The notes below the pieces were generated by a model. The model worked only from the letters and a program-made list of their open reading frames with translations. It was not told the DNA's origin and did not search any database. Of a stretch of DNA of 64,000 bases, positions 45,301 through 56,385 are shown piece by piece (positions within the stretch are counted from its first letter, which is position 1; each line of letters starts with the position of its first letter). Made by a program: the position numbers and the translations under genes. Source of the DNA: Caecitellus pseudoparvulus (Eukaryota > Protista > Bigyra: Bicosoecida); assembly GCA_965644315.1 (NCBI GenBank), contig CBFFRQ010000046.1, positions 1 through 64,000 on the forward strand, written 5' to 3'.

Positions 45301-48300
45301 ATGGCCTCTGCCGCAGCAGGCGGTTCAAATGCCGACGCGCAAGGCTCGGCGCCACCTTCGGCAGGCGGCAGTGGCCCGCCACCCCCTGAAGGGCCCACAA
45401 CAGGCACTGAAGCGGCGACAGGGCAAGCTACTTCTGTGAGCGCCTCTACACTCTCCGATTGGCCGGCTCTGGGCCACATCCAGGCGTCCGAGTTCGACGT
45501 CGAGATCCCGGTGCGGAACTTGAGCGCAGGCCTCGGCATGCGTGTGGTGGCAGGGCACATTGCCGCGGGGCAAGTGCACAAGGGCGCCGCAGAGGCAGGG
45601 TCAGGGCACATTCCAGCTGTCATCTTCGTGTCTTTCCTGTCCAAAGGCCAGGGTGCAGGGGCTGTGGAGGCCGCTGCCACTCTGCGCCAGCACGATGTGT
45701 TGGTGGGTTTGCAGGGGAAGGATGTGCGGGGGGTCGCCTTCCCAGCGGTGGGCCGCGCCCTGGCCAGCATCGTGAAGGCGGCCAAGGCAGGCTCCTCCTC
45801 AGCCGCCGCCCTGCGCATGCGTTTCTGGCGGGCGTGGGAGGGCGCCTGGTCCTGGGAGGGCGTGGGGCGCCCCAGCACCACCCTGCTGCATGCCACGCGG
45901 GCTCGGGGCATCGTGCCCTACCCCAACTCCGTCTCAGCACGCCTGCCCCTGGGCGGCGAGGCGTACCAAGAAGTGGGTCTGTGGCCCCTGCAGCGCGCCG
46001 CAGAGGCGGCCTTGCTGTTCGACCACCACCTGTTGGCACGGGGGGGTTGGAAGGCGGCTCCACGCACCAACTTCTACAGAGCCCTGCGCAGCCCCCCCCC
46101 CTCCCTCATGCAGCAAGGCATCGTGGGCCATGCCGGCATGCCCGTCACGCCACAGTCCACGCCCTGCTCCGCCCCTGGCGTGTTGAAGGTGCAGGTGCAG
46201 GGGCCAGGCCGCCCCAGCGCCTTCCCCGCCCTCACGGCCCAAGCTGCGTGGGCACAAGTGCAGCAGCGCCTGGGCATAGCGCCTGTGGCGGGGCAGGTAG
46301 GAGAGGAGGCAGGGGGGGCGCCGACGCCTGGCGCTGCGGGGGTGGGCGAGGGGGGCGGTGCCACCCCCTCCGCCCCCACCACCCATGTCCGCATGCGAGC
46401 TGTGCTGGGCAGTGGTCGGCCCATCCTGCCTCAGCTACGGGCCCAAATCTTGGTGCTGAAGATGCTGCTGGCGGGGTCAGGGAGCAGTGTAGCGCAGGAG
46501 CAGCTGGCGCTGGCCCTCACGGGGCAGCTGCCGGAAACCAAGCCACGGGCTCCACGACACCACCGCCGGCGAGCTGCAGCAGGGGTGGGGCGGGATGAGG
46601 GGTGGGGGAAGGGCCGCCGCGCTGCCCTGCCGACACGGGCACGCGCCACGAAAGGCGGTGCTAAGCGGGGGAGGGGCAAGGGCAAGGCGCGCGCTGTGGG
46701 GGACGACAGCAGTGAGGAGGAGTTCGTGGAGGGGGGCGAGGGGCCGGTGGGGAGCGGCGGGTTTGTGCGGCGCAGCACCCGCCAGCGCTCCTCCAAGCAG
46801 CGATACACGGCCCAGGACGACGCAGAGCTGGGCATTGCGCCTTCTAGTGGAGAGGACAGTGCGGCGTCGGGCAGTGAGAGCGGTTCAGACCCGTCCCAGC
46901 AGTTCAAAGTGGAGCGTGTGCTGGGCGTGCGGTACAGTGAGCTGACATGGGAGGAGGTGCAGGCTGCCAAGCGTGCCGTGGAGGCGGGGGACGTGGACGA
47001 AGAGACGACCCACGGACAGGTGCAGTGGGAGCTGCTGGCACCCGAGCCGGGGGGAGGGGGCGGCTTGGCGGTGCCGGAGGAGGAGCGGGCTGTGAGGGCT
47101 CGCGACCGGGCACTGCTGCAGGCGACGATGGCCCTGTTCCCTGACGCCACTGACCGCCGCGCCTTCCCTCGCCTGGAGTACCTGGTGAAGTGGAAGGGCG
47201 CGGCGTATGCGCATGTGGAGTGGGTGGCGCCGTCGTTCTTGACGCAGCTGAACAGCTGGGCGGTGCGGCGCGCCAAGGAGTTCCTGGCCACCCCCACTGC
47301 CACGAGTCAGTTGGAGGAGGAGGAGTCACGCGTCCTGGCCCTGCGCGACCTGCCGGCCCTGGACGCCTTCGTTCCGGCAGAGTACATGGAAGCGGAGCGC
47401 GTGCTGACGTGCATGCACGCTGAGGGGGGGGGCGAGGATGGGACAGACCTGTGGTACTTGGTGAAGTGGTGTGGCCTGCCCTACACCGAGTGCACGTGGG
47501 AGACGGAGTCTGACGTGGGCAGCGCGCAGGTGCTGCAGCGGTTCAAGCTGATGAACATGCCGCCCTCGGATGCCGCCATCCGGGCCATGCCCTCCCTCAA
47601 GCAGGACTACAGGCCGTCCCCTGACGTATGGCGACGACACGACTCGTCCCCCGCGTTCAAAGGCGGGTTGAAGCTGAGGGAGTACCAGCTGGAGGGCTTG
47701 AATTGGCTGACGTGGAACTGGTACAATTTCCGCAACTGCATCTTGGCGGACGAGATGGGCCTGGGCAAGACCATCCAGGCCGTGTCCTTCCTGAACCACC
47801 TCGTGACCCGGGAGCAAGTGCATGGGCCCTTCATGATCCTGGCGCCCCTCAGCACGCTGGGGCACTGGGAACGAGAAATCAACACGTGGACGTCCATGCA
47901 AGCAGTGGTGTACCACGACCCTGCGGGGGGGGCTGCCGGGCGCAAGCTGATCCGGGAGCACTTGTGGCACTTCAGCAAGACTGATAAGCAAGGCGTGCCG
48001 GTGGGGTCGGGTGCCGAGTCCCGGTGGAGCAAGATGGGCCTGTTCAAGTTCAACGTCCTGCTGACTTCCTACCAAACCCTGCACAAGGACTGGGAGTTCC
48101 TGAGCCCCCTGTCCTGGCGGGCGGTGGTGGTGGACGAAGCCCACGCGCTGAAGAACACACACTCCCAGCTGTCAGCGAGTCTGCGCGGCCTGGACATCAA
48201 GAGCCTGCTGCTGCTGACGGGCACGCCCCTGCAGAACGACATGAGCGAGCTGTGGTCGCTGCTGAACATGGTGGACCCCGACGGCTTCGCGTCGCTGGAG

Positions 48301-50097
48301 GAGTTCAACGAACAGTTCGGGGACCTGAAGCAGTCGGAACAGGTGGAGGCGCTGCAGGCCAAGTTGCGGCCGCTCATGCTGCGCCGTGTGAAGACGGACG
48401 TGGAGAAGTCCCTGCCGCCCAAGGAGGAGACCATTGTCAGCGTGGAACTGACGGCCCTGCAGCGCAAGTACTACAAGGCGGTGTTCGAGCGCAATTCGAC
48501 GTTCCTGTCGAAAGGCGCCTCTGGCATTTCCGCTGCGAACTTGACGAACATTGAAATGGAGCTGCGCAAGTGCTGCAACCACCCGTACCTGCTGCGGGGC
48601 GTGGAGGAACGGGAGACGGCCCGCCTCATGCACGAGTCCAACGCAGCAGGCGACAGCACGGGTGCTGCGTTTCAGGCGGCGCGCCTGCAGCGCATTGTGG
48701 AAGCCTCTGGCAAGATGCTGGTGCTGGACAAACTCCTGCACTGGCTGCAGGCGGGTGGGCACCGCGTGCTGCTGTTCTCACAGTTTGCCGTGCAGCTGGA
48801 CATTGTGCAGGACTACTGCGTGGGGCGGGGCTTCGGCATGGAGCGCATCGACGGCAGCGTCACTGGCAGCGCTCGCCAGGCGGCCATTGACCGCTTCAAC
48901 GACCCGAGCAGCAGCAGCTTTATCTTCCTGCTGTCCACGCGGGCCGGGGGTGTCGGCATCAACCTGACCTCTGCCGACACCGTCATCATCTTCGACAGCG
49001 ACTGGAACCCGCAGAACGACTTGCAGGCACAGGCACGAGCACACCGCATTGGGCAAAAGGCGGAGTTGGTGCGCGTGTTCCGCCTCGTCACGTCTCGAAC
49101 GTACGAGGGGGAGATGTTCCGGCGCGCCTCCCGGAAGCTGGGCCTGCACCAGGCGGTGTTCGAGAGTGGCGGCATGGGGGACGGCGTGGGGGAGGGGGAG
49201 GGTGCGGAGCTCACCTCCCTGCTCCGCATGGACAAGGACAAGGTGGAGGCGCTGCTGCGTTTCGGCGCGTACGCCATCATGGAGGAGGGCGAGGCGGACG
49301 CCGCCAAGGGGGCCCTGCCTGACGACGACATCGACGCCATTCTGGCCAAGTCCGCCACCATCCGTGTCAGCTCCGACGGGGAGGTGACCAGCGTCGGGGC
49401 AGGGGGTGCGGGTGTCAGTGCGCCGGGGGGCTCTGCTGCTGGCGGTGGCGACGCACTGCTGCATTTCAAGAAGGCCACCTTTGCGGGGGCAGGGGGGGCG
49501 GGTGGGCCGGATGTGGCCGACCCCGGCTTCTGGAAGCGCGTGCTGGGGCCGCGGCCCGTGGAGGTGCTGCAGCGCGCCCTGGAGGACGGCGGCGTGCAGG
49601 GCGTGGGCGCGGGGGCACGGGCTGCCGACGGACCAGGCGCCGGTGACACCCTGACCCCCGCCCAGTTCGTGGCAGATGTGCGGCATGTGCTGGTGACTGT
49701 GCAGGGCGCGGTGGAGGCGGGGGGGGACGCCGCCACAGTGGCCGCAGATCTGCAAGGCGTCACGCGGCTGCTGAAGGAGCTGACAGTGGTGGGTGCGGGC
49801 GTGCCGGTGCCGGTGGTTGGCGGGTTGCCCCCCCCCACCTTCCCCGTGACACCAGGCGCGGCCCTGCCGTCCCTGCCCCTGCCGCCTGGACAGCAACACA
49901 CCCTCGCATCCATCGCCCAGGCGTGGCTGAGCAGGGCGACGGGGGTGGCCAAGGCCTTGCAGGGGGGGGCACGGGGCAGCCGAGGTCGCACCAGGCGAGG
50001 GGACCGTCGCACAGACACCGGCGAGCCTGCCCCCAGCAGCCCGCCCAAGGCGAAGCGCCCCCGTGGGCCGTCGGACAGCGATGCTGGCCAGTCATGA
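45301..50097 (+). CDS. CHD-family SNF2 chromatin remodeler (tandem chromodomains + helicase) with N-terminal PDZ-like domain
   Basis: YLVKWKG..EW and YLVKWCGLPY..TWE chromodomains; LREYQLEGLNWL, ILADEMGLGKT, VDEAH, LTGTPLQN, MELRKCCNHPYL, LLSTRAGGVGINL, DSDWNPQNDLQAQARAHRIGQ. Confidence 0.93.
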   Translation: MASAAAGGSNADAQGSAPPSAGGSGPPPPEGPTTGTEAATGQATSVSASTLSDWPALGHIQASEFDVEIPVRNLSAGLGMRVVAGHIAAGQVHKGAAEAGSGHIPAVIFVSFLSKGQGAGAVEAAATLRQHDVLVGLQGKDVRGVAFPAVGRALASIVKAAKAGSSSAAALRMRFWRAWEGAWSWEGVGRPSTTLLHATRARGIVPYPNSVSARLPLGGEAYQEVGLWPLQRAAEAALLFDHHLLARGGWKAAPRTNFYRALRSPPPSLMQQGIVGHAGMPVTPQSTPCSAPGVLKVQVQGPGRPSAFPALTAQAAWAQVQQRLGIAPVAGQVGEEAGGAPTPGAAGVGEGGGATPSAPTTHVRMRAVLGSGRPILPQLRAQILVLKMLLAGSGSSVAQEQLALALTGQLPETKPRAPRHHRRRAAAGVGRDEGWGKGRRAALPTRARATKGGAKRGRGKGKARAVGDDSSEEEFVEGGEGPVGSGGFVRRSTRQRSSKQRYTAQDDAELGIAPSSGEDSAASGSESGSDPSQQFKVERVLGVRYSELTWEEVQAAKRAVEAGDVDEETTHGQVQWELLAPEPGGGGGLAVPEEERAVRARDRALLQATMALFPDATDRRAFPRLEYLVKWKGAAYAHVEWVAPSFLTQLNSWAVRRAKEFLATPTATSQLEEEESRVLALRDLPALDAFVPAEYMEAERVLTCMHAEGGGEDGTDLWYLVKWCGLPYTECTWETESDVGSAQVLQRFKLMNMPPSDAAIRAMPSLKQDYRPSPDVWRRHDSSPAFKGGLKLREYQLEGLNWLTWNWYNFRNCILADEMGLGKTIQAVSFLNHLVTREQVHGPFMILAPLSTLGHWEREINTWTSMQAVVYHDPAGGAAGRKLIREHLWHFSKTDKQGVPVGSGAESRWSKMGLFKFNVLLTSYQTLHKDWEFLSPLSWRAVVVDEAHALKNTHSQLSASLRGLDIKSLLLLTGTPLQNDMSELWSLLNMVDPDGFASLEEFNEQFGDLKQSEQVEALQAKLRPLMLRRVKTDVEKSLPPKEETIVSVELTALQRKYYKAVFERNSTFLSKGASGISAANLTNIEMELRKCCNHPYLLRGVEERETARLMHESNAAGDSTGAAFQAARLQRIVEASGKMLVLDKLLHWLQAGGHRVLLFSQFAVQLDIVQDYCVGRGFGMERIDGSVTGSARQAAIDRFNDPSSSSFIFLLSTRAGGVGINLTSADTVIIFDSDWNPQNDLQAQARAHRIGQKAELVRVFRLVTSRTYEGEMFRRASRKLGLHQAVFESGGMGDGVGEGEGAELTSLLRMDKDKVEALLRFGAYAIMEEGEADAAKGALPDDDIDAILAKSATIRVSSDGEVTSVGAGGAGVSAPGGSAAGGGDALLHFKKATFAGAGGAGGPDVADPGFWKRVLGPRPVEVLQRALEDGGVQGVGAGARAADGPGAGDTLTPAQFVADVRHVLVTVQGAVEAGGDAATVAADLQGVTRLLKELTVVGAGVPVPVVGGLPPPTFPVTPGAALPSLPLPPGQQHTLASIAQAWLSRATGVAKALQGGARGSRGRTRRGDRRTDTGEPAPSSPPKAKRPRGPSDSDAGQS

Positions 50098-50141
50098 TGG
50101 CGTCATGGGTGGGACATACCAGTGTGCGAACGCGCACTTTC

Positions 50142-51776
50142 TCACTGCTGCTTGGCGTGGGCAGCGGGGGACCGTGCTGAGCGCAGCAGCGACCACGCCT
50201 TGGCAAAGTGCGAGCCGTCAAAGACGTATGCCGTCGCTGCAAACGCGCCAATCGCCACGACACCGACGGCGGTGTGCTGTGCCTTGGTGGTCAGAGCGGC
50301 AGACGCCAAGTCCGCACTGAACGGGTGTGTGCCCAGCCACAGGCCTGCTGCATGGCAAGCCGCCGAGGTGACAGCGGCCACGAGGAGGGTTTGCGGCGCC
50401 GGCAAGGCGTTCGCGAGAGACACGTCCACGTCAGGCCACGCAGCAAAGTGTTGGTGGATGTGCAGCGTGCTGCTGGCTGAGCGCAGCAGCATGTTCAGGG
50501 CGCCTGCGCCGATGAGGCCTGGCACGCCCAGACCCGCCGGCCCCACGGCGAGCCAGGCGGCGGCGCAGTAGGCGAGGGAAATGCACACCATGCGCAGGTT
50601 GAGGCGGAACAGCGTGGTCTGGGAGGCGGTTGCGAAGACGAACGCTTCCGTCATGCCATTCAGCGCCAGGGCAGCCACGTAGAGGCAGTAGAGTGCCAGC
50701 GCCTGGGGCACGGCGAGGCCCACCCACCGCCCAGGCAGTAGGAGCGACACGAGCACGCCAGTGAAGGGGGCGCCGAAGCAGGCGAATGTACACCCCACCA
50801 GCAGCACCAGGCGCAGGAGGGCGGCGAGGGTGGTCCAGGAGGCCTGCACGGCGTGGCGCGCGGACGGTCCCTGCTGCGCCGTCTGCAAGGCCAGGCGGCC
50901 GAACAGCGCCCGGCCCGCCTCTTCCAGCGGCTGGAACACCAGGCGTGGAGCCAGGGATCCCAGGTTTGTGACGACAGAGTAGACGCCTTTCTCTTGGCGT
51001 GAGGCAGTGGACACCAGCACCAGCCGGTCGCCCTCTGTCAGCAAGTGCTTCAGCACGCCCTGGCCCCAGAAGGCGCCGCCCAGCTGCAGGTGGGAAGCGA
51101 GAATGAAGTTCCCAAGAGTGCGTTCCTCAGTGGTCAGTGCACGAGGCAGCAAGCGCGACAGGACGCCGTCAGACGCTGCCCAGTGCAGGTACACCCCCAC
51201 CAGCACAGCAGCGTATGCGAGCTGCCCCACAGCGAAAGCCGAGGAAGCCAGGCCGAAGCCCAACACTGCGCCAGCCGTCGTGAGGGTCTTCGCGAAGATG
51301 GCGGCGCCCTCCGCGCGCACCCGCACGTCGAAGCGCAGGCTGCCTGCCGCCAGCACGTACGCCGGCTCGGTGAAGCACTCCACGATGGCTGCCAAGCCAA
51401 AGGCCAGGACAGTCGCCTGCTCTTCAGCGCTGCCTGCTCCCCGGCTGAACACGGTACATGCACCCGCGGCCAGGACACAGCCCAGGGGCGGCACGAGCCA
51501 GGCCAGGTTCACGAGGGACTGCGTGGCGCTGCTGGCCTGCTCCGTGTTGGAGCGCAGGGCGGTCAGGCGCACCCCCTCCCGAGCCAAGAACAACACAGTG
51601 CTCAGCAGCAGCTCCATGTCGTGTGCAGCGAAGCCCAGCACTTCTGCTTGCGTCCACCGCACGAGGGCGGTGTTCATGGCGAACGTCAGGAGGCGCTGGG
51701 CCAGCGTCATGGCCATGAGCAGCTTTGCGCCTTGGGCTGCCCTGCCCACCACAGAGGGCTGCTCCGAGGCAGGCAT
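50142..51776 (-). CDS. RFT1: RFT1 Man5GlcNAc2-PP-dolichol translocation protein
   Basis: QRLLTFAMN, ELLLSTVLFLAREGVR, QGVLKHLLTEGDR, GVYSVVTNLGSLAPRLVFQPLEE, ALNGMTEAF. Confidence 0.93.
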   Translation of the reverse strand: MPASEQPSVVGRAAQGAKLLMAMTLAQRLLTFAMNTALVRWTQAEVLGFAAHDMELLLSTVLFLAREGVRLTALRSNTEQASSATQSLVNLAWLVPPLGCVLAAGACTVFSRGAGSAEEQATVLAFGLAAIVECFTEPAYVLAAGSLRFDVRVRAEGAAIFAKTLTTAGAVLGFGLASSAFAVGQLAYAAVLVGVYLHWAASDGVLSRLLPRALTTEERTLGNFILASHLQLGGAFWGQGVLKHLLTEGDRLVLVSTASRQEKGVYSVVTNLGSLAPRLVFQPLEEAGRALFGRLALQTAQQGPSARHAVQASWTTLAALLRLVLLVGCTFACFGAPFTGVLVSLLLPGRWVGLAVPQALALYCLYVAALALNGMTEAFVFATASQTTLFRLNLRMVCISLAYCAAAWLAVGPAGLGVPGLIGAGALNMLLRSASSTLHIHQHFAAWPDVDVSLANALPAPQTLLVAAVTSAACHAAGLWLGTHPFSADLASAALTTKAQHTAVGVVAIGAFAATAYVFDGSHFAKAWSLLRSARSPAAHAKQQ

Positions 51777-52228
51777 GACAGGAAGGGGCTGAAGATGAAA
51801 TGGAGAATGATCTCGGACGTTGGATTAGCGGCCTTTGAGGTCAGGGAGGGCCTGCACTGGGACGCAAGTGAAAGGGGGAGTTTCACGCGCGTTTCGAGAA
51901 TCTGCCACTTGGCCTGGTTGCGTGCATTTTCAGTGCAGGCTGCGGGGCGTGCGTAAAGGTGACGAGGGCGAGAGAATAAAATTTTTCATTATTATTAACC
52001 TCCCTCTTTGCCAGGTAAAAAATGCTGTAACGGCGCAGTCCAAGGCTGCTCAGCGTGGACAAGGCTTGCACTGTCCTGACTGCAGTGCCCAAGGACAGCT
52101 GGGTAGGGGCTTGGAGGCAAGCAGCCGAAGCTTGTTCCGAATCTGAGCGGTCCATGGTGCACCAATGGTGTGTGTGTGTGAGAACTGGCAGGCACCCGGT
52201 GCACGCCCTTGTCGTGGGCTGTCTCCTG

Positions 52229-54202
52229 TCAGTGGGGCATTTCCTTGACTGCACTGCCAACTGGAGGCTTGCCAGCCGCCTCCTCGTCGTCGTCTTGGAG
52301 AGCCTTGGTGCGATCCGGCGATGTTGAGGTACGTTGGGCCAGCTGTAGCTGAGGTGGTGCCCCACTGGCCCACCATGCCAGGCGTGCCTCCCGCCAGGCG
52401 GCCAAGATGGCGGAGGCACTTTGCACCGCCTCCTCGCGGTGACTGGTCATGAGGGAGGCCACAGACGCAGATGCAGACTCCGCTTCTTGGTCTGAACAGG
52501 GTGGGAACATGGCTTGGAGCTCGGGCAGCAGTGGCGCCAGGGCTTCACTCAGGCCCTCGAGCCCTTGCCCAGCTGCATCGCTTGTAGCGGGAGCGCCCTC
52601 AACGAAACTGCCCAGCTGAGAAACAAGGGCTGCTGCACACAGGTGGACACTGTGCTGGGCGCTGCTCGCAGCGGGCTGCGATGCCTCCACGGATGGGCTG
52701 TGCTCTGGTGGCGGGGGTGATGAACGGAGCAAGTGAGCGACCGCTTCCAACGCAGCGCTTGCGCCACTCTGCGGCCCTGCATCCGAAGGCAGGCTGTCAT
52801 CATCATGCTGCGCCCACTGGAGGATGTCCATGCTGCCGTGAATGACAAAGGCCATTTCGGGGAGATCCCACAGAGATAGGTGCGGCGATTCAGGTTGACT
52901 CTCCAGTAAGTGACTCAGCGCAAGCACAGCTGAAGCGTGCTCCTGTGAGCCCGCAGCGCTGTCTGAAGTCACAGCACAAAGCGCCGCACAAGCCAAGGTC
53001 GTATCGTCTGCCCCCCACACGTCGTATGTGTCCTCGTCGCACAACAGCAGCCCCAGGGCATGCACTGCCTGCCTGCGGTGCTCAGCGGCAACGTCTGTCT
53101 GCAATGCATGCCACGCGAGAGCTTTATGGGCTCCAGCAGCTATGAGAGCGGCAGAGCACGGTCCAGGAGGGCTTGTCAGGTGACGCAGTAGGTCGCAAGC
53201 CGCCTCGCTCAGCCTCGACTGGGGGTCCTTCATGACACACACGCTCACCAGTTGCAAGAGGCACGGCATGGCACCGGCGCCACCACCATGCAGCCCCACT
53301 GCAGCCTTGTTCTGCGAGAGCGTCCGACTGACATATGCGGAGAGGGGGCCATCAGTGGGGACCGCAAAGAGCGCGCTGAGGGCCTGCAGCGCCATGGTAG
53401 CGGTCTCATCGCAGCCTTGCACCACCTGCCACGCGTGCACCTTGCCAGGGAGCGCGGCATCAACGAAGACCCTCCCGACCCCAATTGTGTACGAGCTCTG
53501 CATGCGCACTTGACTAAACCCAACGCTCTGGCCCCCTGCGCCCGAGGCAGCTCCTGCACGGTCCAGCTCTGTGCAACCTTGCACACCTCGTTGGATCATG
53601 CGAAGCAGCGTTTGAGAGCGGTGTCGGAGGAGAGCGTGATCCAGCGGGACCGCAAGTCTCTCCAAACGACTTGGACAGCACAGCTGCGGGATCAGAGCAG
53701 CGGTGAGCTGGTCAGATTCTTGGCTCTGCAAGATCCAGTGCAGAGCCCGCCCGCCAACTGGACTCCTGCCCAAACACTCGAAGAGCTGCCACAGAACATG
53801 GGAGTTTGGGCAGTCGCCGGCCAAGCTGGTCTGTGCACGCTCTTCGCCAAAGCTCTTCAGCAGTTTGTGGAATGCGTAGCTGCCGCACCACGGCGAGTTT
53901 TCGTGGGTCTCGGCGTGGGAAAGGCAAGCGGCAATAACCTGCAGCTCCAACGCAGTCTCTGGCTCACCGTCCTCGTTGTACGCCGGCGTAAAATCACACT
54001 CAAAGTACATCTCCAAGCACTGGGTGTTCAGGGTCCTCGTCACGACCTCGGCAGCCTGGGGGGACTGCTTCGCAGCGGCAACCATTGCTCGTAAGTGCGT
54101 CTCTCCTTCTCCTCGGCGTGCTGGGTCCATCATGGCTGCTGCATACTGCTTCCCGAGCTCTTCTGCTGCAATCACAGCCTGCTGACCGTGCTCCTTGGAC
54201 AT
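52229..54202 (-). CDS. Hypothetical alpha-helical (ARM/HEAT-like) protein
   Basis: 657-aa intronless ATG ORF with helical repeats such as MPCLLQLV..EAACDLLRHL..LIAAGAHKAL..QAVHALGLL. Confidence 0.65.
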   Translation of the reverse strand: MSKEHGQQAVIAAEELGKQYAAAMMDPARRGEGETHLRAMVAAAKQSPQAAEVVTRTLNTQCLEMYFECDFTPAYNEDGEPETALELQVIAACLSHAETHENSPWCGSYAFHKLLKSFGEERAQTSLAGDCPNSHVLWQLFECLGRSPVGGRALHWILQSQESDQLTAALIPQLCCPSRLERLAVPLDHALLRHRSQTLLRMIQRGVQGCTELDRAGAASGAGGQSVGFSQVRMQSSYTIGVGRVFVDAALPGKVHAWQVVQGCDETATMALQALSALFAVPTDGPLSAYVSRTLSQNKAAVGLHGGGAGAMPCLLQLVSVCVMKDPQSRLSEAACDLLRHLTSPPGPCSAALIAAGAHKALAWHALQTDVAAEHRRQAVHALGLLLCDEDTYDVWGADDTTLACAALCAVTSDSAAGSQEHASAVLALSHLLESQPESPHLSLWDLPEMAFVIHGSMDILQWAQHDDDSLPSDAGPQSGASAALEAVAHLLRSSPPPPEHSPSVEASQPAASSAQHSVHLCAAALVSQLGSFVEGAPATSDAAGQGLEGLSEALAPLLPELQAMFPPCSDQEAESASASVASLMTSHREEAVQSASAILAAWREARLAWWASGAPPQLQLAQRTSTSPDRTKALQDDDEEAAGKPPVGSAVKEMPH

Positions 54203-54607
54203 ATCTACGGGATGTGTCGGTGAAAATGCAGGAAGTGCGGCGGGGCAGCCTGCAAGTGACGGGAGGCATGCGGGTCATGGTTTGGCGTGTTGGCTGGTGT
54301 CGGTTTCTGGGTCTCACGCACGCGCAAAAGACAGACTAGGACAGGAATGGAGGTCAAACTCAATCTACGAATTAACATTCGTCATAGTTAACACTTCTGT
54401 GCACTTATTTTGCTGTGCAATCCTTGTGCTGGGGTTTTGCCATGCACGCTTATGATTCGTTCCGCGAATGATGTACTCTTCCGTCGCGGATCAAACGTGC
54501 ACACGCGCAGTACTTTCCAATGACCACCTCGCATTCCTGCCCCCACCACTGGATCTTGTGTCGTGCAAGCTTGCTCTGTTCGCAAATCCTCCCACCTCTC
54601 TGTCAAA

Positions 54608-55330
54608 ATGGCTGCTCGTGGCGTGAGTTTCGTGCTTCGGCGTTTTCCTGCTGCAGCAGGCGAGCTTTGCGCCTGACATTGGCAGACCCTGACATCCATT
54701 GCCCTCCAACCGTGACTCACACAGAAGGCTCGCAACTCCACCTTCACCGTGGACTGCTCTGCTCCCGTGGATCGCACCGTCCTCGTGACCTCTGAGTTCG
54801 TGAGTCCGCCGAGCCTGGCCGCCGCAGCTGGCGCTGCCCCGCATTGCTGACAGCTCGCTGGCTGCCGTTCACGCACGCCTTGCTTGGTATGCTTGCGTCC
54901 ACAGGCCGATTTCCTGAAGGCGAACATCAAGGTCGCCGGCAAGGCAGGCAACCTGGGCGATGCCGGTGCGTGCAGGCCAGCTTCAGGCAGGGCTGGTGTG
55001 TCAGATTCCGCACTGTCTCTGGCTTGCCCTCTTTCCACAGTGACCGTGACCAGCACCTCCTCCACCGTCACCGTGACCTCCAACCTGGTCACCAAGGACA
55101 ACGCTGCTGTGGCTGCTGTCAGCAAGCGCTACCTGCGCGTGCGTAGCTGCGGTGTGGCCCGTTTGTGGTGAGCCGCCACCCTGTGCCCTCGCCTCTCTGT
55201 GCAGTACCTGACCAAGAAGTACATTGCCAAGGAGTCCCTGCTGGAGTACCTGCGCGTCCTGGCTGATGGCCCCAACGGCTACAAGATCACCTTCTACAAC
55301 CTCGACGACGAGGAGGAGGAGGAGGAGTAA
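54608..55330 (+). CDS. RPL22: 60S ribosomal protein eL22, 5 exons
   Basis: MAARG|KARNSTFTVDCSAPV..EF|ADFLKANIKVAGKAGNLGDA|VTV..SKRYLR|YLTKKYI..YLRV..YKITFYNLDDEEEEEE; all introns GT-AG. Confidence 0.93.
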
Positions 55331-55524
55331 GCGGACTGCGAGCTCATCTCCCGGCACCTGCATTGGCGAGGCTGTGTCAGTGGGCACCGTGCGGTGGCAG
55401 GCCCAGCCTTCTCCCCTCCCCCTCCCCACTTCGCGCTCCCGCTTGCGTCCCGTATGTTGCCACCAGGGCTTGTCTCTGGACTGGTCCAGCCTCCCCCCAA
55501 TGCAGCCTTGCCCTCGCCCCCCTC

Positions 55525-56385
55525 TCACCTCCCGTGCGACTCACCAAAGTACTCCGAGGCGCTGAAGCCTTCGTCGACAGTACCCTGAGCGGCTTCCAGC
55601 TCCTGCCGGTACTGCGTCCGTCGCTGGCGCACGGCACGAGGGCGTGGTGTGTGCTGCGAGGCACCTTCGCCTGACCAGCGGTCTGAGGTGCCGGGCCTGA
55701 CGTCATGGCCAGCCTCCAGGGCAGCGGCTTCTGCCTGGCGAGCATCTGAGCGAGCCTTCTGATACCGGGTCTCACTGGGCGATGCTCCGATCTCAAACAC
55801 CCCCGCTGTGTGCGCGAAGGTGGGGGAATCAGCTGATGCAGGCGTTGCGGCAGCGTTTCACGCCACGCACCTCGGGCCAAGTCTCGCATGGCTGGCCGTC
55901 CCCACAGCTGCGCCCCGATAAACCCCCCACCAGACATTCCACCTGCATGTGTGCATGAAAATTGCGCCTCGTTCGACTCGGTCGCGCAGCTGGCGCCCCC
56001 ACCCTCGCAACTCACACAAAGTGCCCATGAGCAGCTCATTCCTGCCCCAGCTGCTCGGGGCCATGCCAGCCCTTCCTGCGCAAGGAGGTAAGGCCAGTGT
56101 GTACTTGCGAGACCAAGCTCTGTTGGGAACAGGTGAACTCACGCAGCCCATAGAACCCCAGCACCCCAACGGCGGTGCCGGACAGCATGCCGATGAAGCC
56201 TCCAGTCCACCTGCGCAGCGAGGACAGGCTGCGTCACTTGCCACGCACAGCGGTGACAGTGCTCGCTGCAGCACGCACAGCTGCCTCCTCGTGTCTGCTA
56301 CTTGCTTGTACGCTTCCTTGTCCAGGCGATCAGCCATGCTCTCTGACCGTGCCTGCGCTGCAGGCGTTGCGGCAGTGCGCGACAT
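55525..56385 (-). CDS. Small multi-exon membrane protein with two Gly-rich TM helices, function unknown
   Basis: Consistent GT-AG splicing gives MSRTAATP..DKEAYKQVADTRRQL|WTGGFIGMLSGTAVGVLGFYGL|RRAG..ELLMGTL|CGMSGGGFIGAQLWGRPAMRDLAR|AGVFEIGA..; 3' end uncertain. Confidence 0.55.

Noticed and set aside
13192-50097. Functional cluster of chromatin and mitosis genes (BRCA1-like, BRE1, BuGZ, CENP-C, CHD)
   Set aside because: Interspersed with unrelated housekeeping genes; not distinguishable from chance without synteny data.
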